A stretch of DNA of 64,000 bases. Source: an uncultured delta proteobacterium. Lineage in GTDB: Bacteria; Desulfobacterota; Binatia; UBA9968. The position numbers and the translations under genes were made by a program. Of the stretch, positions 32,228-41,400 are shown one piece after another (positions within the stretch are counted from its first letter, which is position 1; each line of letters starts with the position of its first letter). Location: NCBI GenBank assembly GCA_963816145.1, contig CAWFJP010000023.1, positions 20,156-84,155 of the forward strand, written 5' to 3'. The notes under the pieces were generated by a model. It worked only from the letters and a program-made list of their open reading frames with translations. It was not told the DNA's origin and did no database searches.

Positions 32228-32722
32228 TCACTTCACCAGCGGCACACCCTGGGCGATGTCGTACCGGATGACGGCGCGAATCTTGTTCTCGATCTGCAGG
32301 TAACGCGCGACTTTGACCATCGGCAGCGCTTTAGCGAGCTTGGGCGCGAAGGTGCTCTTGAGATTGACCTCCGCCTGTTCGATGGCGTTGGCCTCCTCGA
32401 TCAGCTTCTTTGCCTTGTCGTCGGTCAGCGACTTACTACGGAAGTCAGCGGCGTAGATCTCTAGCACATTAACGATGCGCTGATTGATCTTGCGCAATTC
32501 CTTTTGATATTCGTCATAGATCGGCCAGAAGTTCTTCGCCTCCGACTCGGTCAATTCCATGTTGCTCGCCACCAGCAGCTTTTTGTCCGCTTTGATCTTG
32601 TCACGCAGGATCTGCATGTTGTCCGCTGGCTTGTCCTGCGCCGCCAAATTCATCGATGGGAGCCCCAACAGCACGATCGCCACTGCAACGCGGATTGTTT
32701 TTTTCAATAAATCGATTCTCAT
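32228..32722 (-). CDS. Exported helical protein (Spy/CpxP-like), paralog A
   Basis: Signal; KADKKL.V...MELTESEAKNFWP.Y..YQ, SLTDDKAKKL, ARYLQIENK. Confidence 0.8.
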   Translation of the reverse strand: MRIDLLKKTIRVAVAIVLLGLPSMNLAAQDKPADNMQILRDKIKADKKLLVASNMELTESEAKNFWPIYDEYQKELRKINQRIVNVLEIYAADFRSKSLTDDKAKKLIEEANAIEQAEVNLKSTFAPKLAKALPMVKVARYLQIENKIRAVIRYDIAQGVPLVK

Positions 32723-32855
32723 TGCTTCTCTCCTTCAGGTTTCATTTGTCAGCAACCGAGGGGCGAGTGTCGGGTGTCGAGGCGAATCCCACTCGACCCT
32801 CGTCACTCGTCACCCTCTTTTTTCTCACTCGACCCTCGACACTTGTGTCGGCCGC

Positions 32856-33437
32856 CTACGGATTTGGATTGATCTTGGTAATCTTGGTTCCCTGGATGCC
32901 CATGCCGCCCATCAGTCCCTTTTGGTCAAAGATGAATGCATACACACCTTTTTGCAGGGTCGTGGTCGATAAGTTCTTGCCGAATCCTTCGTCCAACACC
33001 ACCAGGCTAGGCCCGACCCCCAATTCGAAGCCGGCAGTGTTGTCGAGATACTGCAACGACGCATTATCCATAAAAAACAGCACGTAGCCGTAGGCTTGAA
33101 TGCCGGCTTGAAATCCATACGACACCGCGAGCGAACGGTAATAGGCAACGGTCTTGCCGCGTTTGCGTAAAGCGCCGTCGCCGAATTGGCCGGCGAAGAT
33201 GAATCCGCCTTTGACGATGCTCGGGAAGACCAACACTCCGACCGCCTTGTCCGCCAATGCCTTGGCGGCCGGATAGTTTTTAGTGAGTTTCGCCACCGTC
33301 GCCCTCACGTCACGGTCGATCTCGCTCGCACTCGCCGCCTGCGCCGCAGCCGGACTCAAGACATGGAAGGTCAACAGCATCAATGCCAGCCCGACGATTA
33401 AGTTGGGCATCTTGGTATTTCGGTTATTTGCTCTCAT
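32856..33437 (-). CDS. YSC84/SYLF lipid-binding family exported protein
   Basis: GVLVFPSIVKGGFIF.GQFG.GAL, SYGFQAG.Q, VYAFIFDQKGLMGG.GIQGTKITKI. Confidence 0.88.
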   Translation of the reverse strand: MRANNRNTKMPNLIVGLALMLLTFHVLSPAAAQAASASEIDRDVRATVAKLTKNYPAAKALADKAVGVLVFPSIVKGGFIFAGQFGDGALRKRGKTVAYYRSLAVSYGFQAGIQAYGYVLFFMDNASLQYLDNTAGFELGVGPSLVVLDEGFGKNLSTTTLQKGVYAFIFDQKGLMGGMGIQGTKITKINPNP

Positions 33438-33570
33438 TCTGTGCTCCTGTCATCAAATTAGAAGGTAATCCCGCTCGCCATTTTTTACTGGAGGAAACCG
33501 AGGTTTTCGAAAATGCTCCGTTAACTCCGTTTGCTTCCGATTAGACTCCCTCGACCCTCGACCCTGATCC

Positions 33571-34062
33571 CTACTTCGCCAACGGCACCGTGGTCGCGAG
33601 ATCATATTTCAGCAGCACGCGGTACTCGTTTTCGATCTGCAGATAACGCGCGGCCTTCTTGGCCGGCAGCGCTTTCATCACCTTGGGGATGAAGGCGGTG
33701 CGTTGCTTGACGTCGTCCTGTTCAAGGGCGATCCACTCGTCGAGCAGCTTCTTGGCTTTGTCGTCGGTGAGCGACTTGCTGCGGTAGTCCGCGGCGTAGC
33801 TCTTCAACAGCGCGCCGAGACGCTCATTGATTTTCTGCAAATCGTTTTGGTAGTCCTCGTACACCGGCCAGAAGTTTTTGGCTTCCGATTCGGTCAACTC
33901 CATATATTTGGAGACAATCAATTTTTTGTCCGCCTTGAGTTTCTCGTGGACGATTTCCAGATTGTTGGCAGGCTTATCCTGCGACCGCGCAGCTATCGGC
34001 GCACTTCCGAGCGCAGCCACGAATAAAACCGCCAAAAACTTTGTCCCTGTCTTGTTCTTCAT
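33571..34062 (-). CDS. Exported helical protein, paralog B
   Basis: Shares QDKPA.N, KADKKL, MELTESEAKNFWP, SKSLTDDKAKKL, ARYLQIEN with 32228-32722. Confidence 0.8.
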   Translation of the reverse strand: MKNKTGTKFLAVLFVAALGSAPIAARSQDKPANNLEIVHEKLKADKKLIVSKYMELTESEAKNFWPVYEDYQNDLQKINERLGALLKSYAADYRSKSLTDDKAKKLLDEWIALEQDDVKQRTAFIPKVMKALPAKKAARYLQIENEYRVLLKYDLATTVPLAK

Positions 34063-34090
34063 CTCGACCCTCCCTTTTTCGATGTTTATA

Positions 34091-34513
34091 TCACGAATCA
34101 ATATTTCCCTTGACAGCTTGGCGTCCCGGCGCCGAGATCAAGTAGCCGAGCATCACCGCCGGGACGATCGCCCAAAGCAGTGCCCGCACCGGGGTGTCGC
34201 CTTGAATTATGACACTCAGCACCAGCAAAAAATTGACGATCGCCAAGCAGATTCCCAACCACCGCGCCCAATGCCGCTGCAGCAATACGCCGCATGCAAA
34301 AGCGACAAATAAGAGCGCTAGAACCGCCACCAGCATGCCCCTGCCGATGGCGATCAGTCCAAGCAACGGCAGTAACAGCAGGCCCTGCCCCATCATATCA
34401 CTGCCGACGTCGAACCACTGTAGCGCACGCAGAACAGCAGCGATGCTTTGAAGCACCGCCAGCACGGCAACGACCTTCAAGCCCAATGGATTATTTGGCA
34501 GTACCGATACCAT
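34091..34513 (-). CDS. Small 4-TM membrane protein
   Basis: Four hydrophobic helices; upstream ORF extension is repeat-derived. Confidence 0.7.
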   Translation of the reverse strand: MVSVLPNNPLGLKVVAVLAVLQSIAAVLRALQWFDVGSDMMGQGLLLLPLLGLIAIGRGMLVAVLALLFVAFACGVLLQRHWARWLGICLAIVNFLLVLSVIIQGDTPVRALLWAIVPAVMLGYLISAPGRQAVKGNIDS

Positions 34514-34636
34514 GGTGTCCCTAAAGAAGTGTCGGGTGTCGAGTGAAAAAAGCGCCCGACCCCACGTCTCTCGCCGACCCCTCGACACTCGACACTCGTC
34601 CCTCTTATCTCCCCCGACCCCCGTGCCTCGTTGCCG

Positions 34637-35608
34637 CTACGGCTTCACTTCCGTCCAGCTTTTATCAGGGTCGAACTCTTTCATCGCCTGGGCGGCTGAG
34701 CGGGTATTAGCACCCAAATCCTTTTGAAAAACTTTGCCTTCGTGGTTGACCGTGAACGTCATCACGCCGGAATTGCCGTACTCGGCGGGAAAGGCGACGA
34801 GCGCAAAGCCGCCCATCATGTTGCCATTAACGACGTAGCTGTAAGCCCCGCCAGTAGCGTTCTTTCCCTGACCCTCGAGGATCTTGTAATAGTAGCCGTA
34901 ATAAGGCGCCGCGGTTTGCCCGGCGCCCGGACCTTGAGCGGAATAGCCGGCGCCTTGAGCCTGCGCCCAGAGCGGCCCCAGCGGACTCTGCTCTTCGCCG
35001 CTCTTTGCTTCCCAGTACAGCCCATTTTTCTTACCGGCCTCGCTGCGGATGCGGCGCGCGTATTCGAGAATCTTGTCGTCGTCGCGATCCTTCATCGCAT
35101 ACTCGCGCTGGGCATCGACGAACGTCAATGCCACTTGAATCGCGTTCAATTCGTTGGTGCCGATACGGCGGTTGAGAATTTCCTCGCGGCCCTTGTCGGT
35201 GTCGAATACCCAACTATCCGCTTTCTTGACGAGCGGAATCGGGAATGGCCAGGCATTGTTGCCGATCGTGATGATCCGGCTATCGCCTTCGCTAACGATA
35301 GTGTTCTTCTCGTTATAGGCCGCCAAGAACCGCTCACGCCAATGCTTGTCCGCAACCGGATCGCCGGAAAACATCAGATCTTTGGCTTGCGCGCCGAAGA
35401 TCGCCAAGAGCTCTTTGTCATCATTACTTTTGGCGGCGGCCACCGCGGCCTTGACTGCCTCTTCGGGGCTAGCGAATGTCTTTTGTTTTGCCGGCGTAGC
35501 GGCCACGGCAAACTGGCCTATCGTGAGCGTCAAAATGATCACCGCCGCGAACCCGGCCCAATACCAATTCGTCGGTTCTTTTGGATCTGCGCTTAGATTG
35601 TGCAGCAT
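34637..35608 (-). CDS. DUF2950 family protein
   Basis: QKTFASPEEA, SGDPVAD, WPFPIPLVK, GREEILNRRIG.NEL, AQREYA, GLYW, PYYGYYYKIL, YGNSGVMTF.VN. Confidence 0.92.
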   Translation of the reverse strand: MLHNLSADPKEPTNWYWAGFAAVIILTLTIGQFAVAATPAKQKTFASPEEAVKAAVAAAKSNDDKELLAIFGAQAKDLMFSGDPVADKHWRERFLAAYNEKNTIVSEGDSRIITIGNNAWPFPIPLVKKADSWVFDTDKGREEILNRRIGTNELNAIQVALTFVDAQREYAMKDRDDDKILEYARRIRSEAGKKNGLYWEAKSGEEQSPLGPLWAQAQGAGYSAQGPGAGQTAAPYYGYYYKILEGQGKNATGGAYSYVVNGNMMGGFALVAFPAEYGNSGVMTFTVNHEGKVFQKDLGANTRSAAQAMKEFDPDKSWTEVKP

Positions 35609-35664
35609 CGCTTCTTTCTCCCTAACCTACGGCTCACCGTGAAGTTCTGAGCAAAGCCAAACCA

Positions 35665-37037
35665 TCAGCGGCGTCCGCCACCGCCACCGCCGCCTCTGGC
35701 ACCACCGCCACTCCGTGCAGCGCCACCACTGCTCGTGCGGCTCGCGCTGCCGCGTTGGCTGGAGCTTTTGGCGGAACTGCCACCGCGGTCGATGCCTTCA
35801 AACGCGCCGCCGCGGCTGCTCGAAGCACCAAGGTTGGCGTTCGACTGGCTCGCGCCGCCGCGGCTGCCGGCAGTCGCCGAAGTTCTAGCCTGTTCGCCGC
35901 CACGCGCCTGCTGGGTTCTGGTTGCGGCGCTCGTTGCTGCCGGCTGGTCGATTGTTGCTGCGGCTTGCTGCGCTTGCTGTCCGGTGTTTTGTTGCTGGGC
36001 CTGCTGACCGGCTGATTGCTGACGAGCTTGTTGAGCTTGCTGTCCGGTTTGTTGTTGCTGCGCTTGCTGCGCTCGTTGTTGCGCCTTTGCTGTTCCGCTG
36101 GGGTCAAAGCACTGCCGGTGTAACCGCGATACGCCTGGCGCGCCTGAACCTGTTGGCTCGGCGACGCCTGGTTATATTTCTGCGCCACCGCTTGATTGCC
36201 GTAGGGAACTCCCTTGCGATTGGCCGCATTGTGCTGCCAATTACCCTGCGCGTTTGCCGGTAGCTGATTTGCGTATACGTTGCGGTTGATGTTGGTGTTG
36301 ATATTGACGTTCTGGTTGTAATTGTAGTGAACGTGTCCGTTGTTCCAGTTAGGGCTGCCCCATGCGTAGCCCCAGGCCGCGCCTAGCGCGACCGCGCTGC
36401 CAAACCAAAATGCCGACCTTGCCGCGACATATCCTGGCGGATAGTAGTAATACGGTGGATAGGCCGGATAGGGCCAGGTGCCATAGACTACGGTTGGATT
36501 GTAGGCGGGAACATAGACGACCTGCGGACTGGCAGGCTCGATGACAATGATCTTATCCTGAACGATCACCTTTTGCTCTTGCGTCGTTTTAAGATTACCC
36601 GCCGCTTGCGCCTTGGCACGCAGACTCTGGATGGTATCCATGACGGGCTTTTCCCCTGCAAGAAACGCGTCGCCCAGTTTTTGCGTCCAATCGAGCTTCT
36701 CGTTCATCATGGTCAACACCTGGGGGAAATTGACCAGCGACTTCACGCTCGGGTCCCAGCTCTGCGCTTCCAGCGCTTTGGTCAAGGCGTCGCCTTTGAG
36801 ATTTGCGTTCTGTTTGGCGAATCGGGCGGCGTTAACCACATCGAGCGGATACGTCGACGCCATCAGGATCTGCGCGATCAATGAATCAGGATAGAGCGCG
36901 ATCGGCGCGAGCAACTGATCGAGCTCTTCCTGCTTAACCACCGGGGCATTAGCCGCATCCTGCGCCCATGTCCCCGGAGGTACAGCCAACAGCGTAACCA
37001 AATAACATGAAAGCGCAATTTTTATGACTTGCCTCAT
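35665..37037 (-). CDS. DUF3300 family protein with Gln/Gly-rich tail (frameshift near 36085)
   Basis: LDQLLAPIALYPD.L.AQILMASTYP, WDPSVKSL..FP, WTQKLGDAFL, VYVP.YNP.VVYG.WPYP; the alternative frame gives the typical ...GGGGGGRR stop at 35665. Confidence 0.9.
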
Positions 37038-37153
37038 TATGCTCTCTTCGCTTTTACTCGTTCACTTAGTGAATATGACGCCGCTATACCAGTTTTCTGG
37101 TGACTCCCCAGGCGCACGACACTCAATTTCGCGCCAGACACTTTGCCTTGGGC

Positions 37154-37558
37154 CTATGGTTTATCGCCACCCGCCACTTCGCTCGCCAGCGCCGCGCGCA
37201 ATGTTTTAATCAATAACTCATCGTCGAAGGGCTTGCGCAAAAAGGCCATCGCTCCGGATGCCAACGCCCGCTCGCGCACGCCGACTTCGTCATGCGCCGT
37301 GATAAAGATAACCGGAATGGGGTTGCCGCCGCGCGCGAGCCGTTCCTGGGTTTCCAGACCGTTCATGCCCGGCATTTGCACATCCAAAATGGCGCAGTCA
37401 GCTTGAAACGACGGCATCGCGTCGATACAGTCCAAAAACTCTTGCCCCGACGCGAAGGTCTCAGCGTTCATGCCGAGGGAGCGAACGAGTCTTTTCAAAG
37501 CTCGACGGACCGAAACGTCATCATCGACGATCGCGATCAATGGCAGGCCTTTGGTCAT
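37154..37558 (-). CDS. Single-domain response regulator
   Basis: IAIVDDD.SVR, ILDVQMPGMNG, IFITAHD, FLRKPF. Confidence 0.92.
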   Translation of the reverse strand: MTKGLPLIAIVDDDVSVRRALKRLVRSLGMNAETFASGQEFLDCIDAMPSFQADCAILDVQMPGMNGLETQERLARGGNPIPVIFITAHDEVGVRERALASGAMAFLRKPFDDELLIKTLRAALASEVAGGDKP

Positions 37559-37649
37559 TAAATTTTGTTGCGCAAGACATTCGAGGACAAACCAGATCCC
37601 GAACAGCTTTCGCTAACGATCATCTATATAGGAGAGCAGAAGGGCTGTA

Positions 37650-37669
37650 TATTGGACCTTGGTCCAACA
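37650..37669. promoter_or_regulatory. Palindromic operator-like site TATTGGACCTTGGTCCAACA
   Basis: Between the LuxR-type regulator and the single-domain receiver, ~90 nt upstream of the latter. Confidence 0.75.
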
Positions 37670-37760
37670 CAGAAAAGGCGGCCAAAACTCATCGCAAGTG
37701 AACGTTGGTCAAAATTAGGCGACAACGGAGAGGCCGACGATCATGCGCACCGGCACCCGT

Positions 37761-38402
37761 TCACCTACGAGCGCTTGCGGCTGTCGGCTGTTTCTGCGCT
37801 GGGATACCGACTTTTTCTGCCAGCCGTACCAGCTCCGCAATCGAATCCACTGCCATCTTTTCCATCACCCGGGAGCGATGAACTTTGATGGTTTTCTCGA
37901 CTGTGCCGAGCTCCCATGCGATTTGCTTGTTTAACATTCCGGTGACCACCAGGGCCATGACTTCGCGCTCGCGCGGCGTGAGCGACTCCAGACGCCGGCG
38001 GATGTCGACCAGTTGGGCGGCCTCGGCACGCTGCCCGGCCGCCCGTGCCAGCGCCTGCTCGATGGCGGGCAAGAGAGTTTCTTGGCAAACCGGCTTGGGC
38101 AGGAAATCCACCGCCCCGGCTTTCATCGCCTGCACGCCCATCGGGATATCGCCGTACCCGGTGATGAAGATAATCGGAATGGCTATTTTCGCCGCTTGCA
38201 ACGCCTCCTGAAGCTCCAAGCCGTTGACACCGGGCATACGCACATCGAGGACAAGACAGGCGACCCCCGCGGTTTCAGGCTTGGACTCGAGAAACTGCCG
38301 GGCCGATGCGAACGGCGCGACCTCATAGCCCGCCGCGCGAATCAGCCGCGCCAGCGCTTTGCGCACCGAGCTATCGTCGTCGACCAAAAACACCGTCGTC
38401 AT
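37761..38402 (-). CDS. FixJ/NodW/TodT-family response regulator (REC + LuxR HTH)
   Basis: VDDD.SVR, LDVRMPG.NGLELQ, ITG.GDIPM.V.AMKAGAVDFL.KP, LTPREREV...LNKQIA.ELG..EKTIKVHR. Confidence 0.93.
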   Translation of the reverse strand: MTTVFLVDDDSSVRKALARLIRAAGYEVAPFASARQFLESKPETAGVACLVLDVRMPGVNGLELQEALQAAKIAIPIIFITGYGDIPMGVQAMKAGAVDFLPKPVCQETLLPAIEQALARAAGQRAEAAQLVDIRRRLESLTPREREVMALVVTGMLNKQIAWELGTVEKTIKVHRSRVMEKMAVDSIAELVRLAEKVGIPAQKQPTAASARR

Positions 38403-41400
38403 AAAGGATGCTCAAGCCGCCGCTCGGCCGCGGCCATTTCCGGCAACAATAAATGGAACGTTGCGCCGCGATCCCGGTTATTCTCCGCCCACAAGCGCCC
38501 GCCGTGCCGTTCAACGATCGCCCGGCTGATCGACAATCCCATTCCCAGCCCCTCTCTTTTGGTCGTGAAGAACGGCTGAAAGATCGTGTCCAGCATATCG
38601 CTCGTCAAGCCTGAGCCGCGATCGCCGACCGATACCTCGACCATGCCGGCGCTGCCGGAGTCGACCCGCACCGTCACCTGGCGCTCGTCGGTTGGGCATT
38701 CTTTCATCGCATCGAACGCATTGAGAAATAGATTGAGCATGACCTGTTGCAACTGAACCCGATCACCACGGACCGGTGCGACGCTCTCACCGGCTCGGCA
38801 ATCCACCTTCACGTTGCGCAAAATCGCATCGCTATGCACCAACGACACGACATCACCGACAACCGCCGTTAGATCCAAGCGCGCCAACGTGAGCTCTTCC
38901 TTGCGCACAAGCGACCGGATTCTGCGAAGGATCTCGCTGGCCCGATTGTCATCCTCGACGATATCATTGAGAATTTCCCGCACCTCGTCAAGGTTGAAGG
39001 CTTTGTTCGTGAGAAATCGTTGCGCCGCCTGGGCGTTACTCAAAATCGCCGTGAGCGGCTGATTCAACTCGTGCGCTAAGGAAGCTGCCAATTCACCCAT
39101 CAAAGAGACACGCGAGACATGCGCCAACTCATCGCGTTGTTGCCGCAGTTCGGTTTCCGCCTGCTTGCGGCTGGTGATGTCGGTCGACGCGCCCAAGATC
39201 TGATTCGCAACGCCATCTTTGCCAACGATGGGCCGTTTAACGGTCTGCAACCAACGAATTCTCCCCTGCGCGTCGGTTAAATGCTCCTCCGCGATGAAGA
39301 GCTCTTGGAGTTTGTCGATCACCTCCAGGTCCATGCGGTGGAAGTACTCGACTTCATCGCGGTTCGGATTGAAATCCGCATCGGTCTTGCCGATCAGCCC
39401 ATCCACCGTCGTACCGTAAGCGTCGGCGACAGCCTGATTCACCAGCGTGAACCGTCCATCGCGATCCTTGGCAAAAATAAAATTCGGGTCGATGTCGATG
39501 ACTTGACGCAAAAACGCACGCTCCTTTTCCAACGCCTCCTCGGCTTGCTTGCGCGCGCTGATGTCGACGATCGACGTTAGTACAAGAAGGCCTTCCTGGC
39601 TGTGGATCGGCGTCAGTCCGATTTCAACCAAAACCTCGCTACCGTCTCTGCGCCGCGCGCGCAGATCCCGTCCCGGACCAAGCATCCGCGCCTGCGGCGC
39701 CGCGGCGAAGCGCGCGCGATGAGCCAGGTGGTTGTCGCGAAAACGTTCCGGTATGAGAATCTCCACCGACTGCCCGATCATCTCCTCGCGCGAGTAGCCG
39801 AACAGGATCTCGCTCTGCTGGTTCACAAGCACGATCTGTCCCTGAGCATTTACCATGACGGTCGCATTGGATGAAGCCTCGACAGCCAGCCGAAACCTTT
39901 CATCGCCTCGCTTGATCTCACTGAGATCGGTGGCCGTACCGATGTAGCCGAGAAAGGTTCCGTCGGCTTCGAAGCGCGGCACGCCGTGGCCAAGCACCCA
40001 GCAATACTCTCCATCGCTTCTCCTCAGGCGGTATTCCATAGAATATTCGTGCCGAGCGTCGAAGGACGTCCTGTAGAGGGTGAGACTGTGATCTAGGTCG
40101 TCCGGATTAACGCCTTCGGTCCAACCATTGCCGAGTTCCTGCTCTAGTGTCCGGCCGGTGAAGTCGAGCCAGCCTTTGTTGAAAAAGGTGCAAAGCTTGT
40201 CCGTGCCCGACATCCAAATCATGACCGGCGCTGCGTTGGCCACGGTGCGGAACCGTTCCTCGCTCTCGCGTATCGCCTGCTCGCTCCGTTTGCGCTCGGT
40301 AACGTCAAGCATCAGGCCGCGAAGCTGGAGCGGCTCGCCGGCCAAATGGTTACAATTGACGATGTCGTGCACCCAGACGACCTCCCCCGACGATCTGATC
40401 ATGCGATACTCGAATTCGAAATCGTCAGCCCTCTGGCTCATGGTCAAACAGGTGTCGATCGCCCGTTGCCGATCATCCGGGTGAATATGAGAAGTCCAAA
40501 AATCTTTCTCGTACCATTGCTCGAGCGGATAACCGAGCAGCTTGACCGCCTGTGGAGTGACATAGGTAAACCTCCAACTCTCAACATCGGCCTGCCATAG
40601 AACCGCCGCCGTGTTTTCCACCAACCGTCGAAAATTCTCCTCGCTCTCGCGCAGCACCGCTTCCATCTTTTTGCGTTCGGTGATGTCTAACAAGACACCC
40701 ACCCTGTGCACGCCACGGCCGCCCACTACGTTGACGGTCGATCCTTTCGCTAACACCCAGCGCTCCCTGCCGTCGGCCAGTCGGGTGCGAAACTCGCCTT
40801 CAAACGGCGCGTTGGCTTGCTGGGCGCGCTCGACTTCGGCTACGATTCGCTCTTTGTCATCAGGATGAATGCGGCTAAGTATGTCGCCCACCCGGACAGC
40901 TTCATTCGGGCCGATACCAAGCTCGGCGCGTAGCACCGGGTTAACCCAGACATCGTTTCCGTTGAGACCGCGCGCCCATAAGCCCAACCTGCCGGCGCGG
41001 GTCGCCATCTCCAGTAATTCCTGGTTATCCCGAAGCTCTTTTTCAGCCCGGCGCCGATTCAATCGATTGAAAACCAAGCCGGAAATCAAAGCGGCTTGCA
41101 GCAAGAAAACCCCCAGCGCAATAACGATATACCCGCGATATTGATCCCAAATTGAAGTCGGCCTGAAGTGAACCCTACTGTTTTGCGGCAGGCGACTTTC
41201 GCCGATACGCCAGCGCTGCAACGCGCGCCAGTCGAAGATCGGCACTCCCGTGCTCCGGACTTCCAACCGCAAAGACTTGGGCTCGGCACCCCGCAGAATC
41301 AGTTCGCCCAGTTCACCGGCGCGCTTTCCCAGCGCCAGGGTATCTGCAACCGAACCGCCGACTGCGCCCGTGCCGAGCATGGGGTCTGACATGACATAAA

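Noticed and set aside
10136-34630. Intergenic repeats as a CRISPR array
   Set aside because: No constant 25-45-bp repeat with regular unique spacers, copies are dispersed and degenerate, and no cas genes are present
35690-36100. Gln/Gly-rich tandem-like repeats
   Set aside because: Low-complexity coding tail typical of DUF3300 proteins, not an independent element
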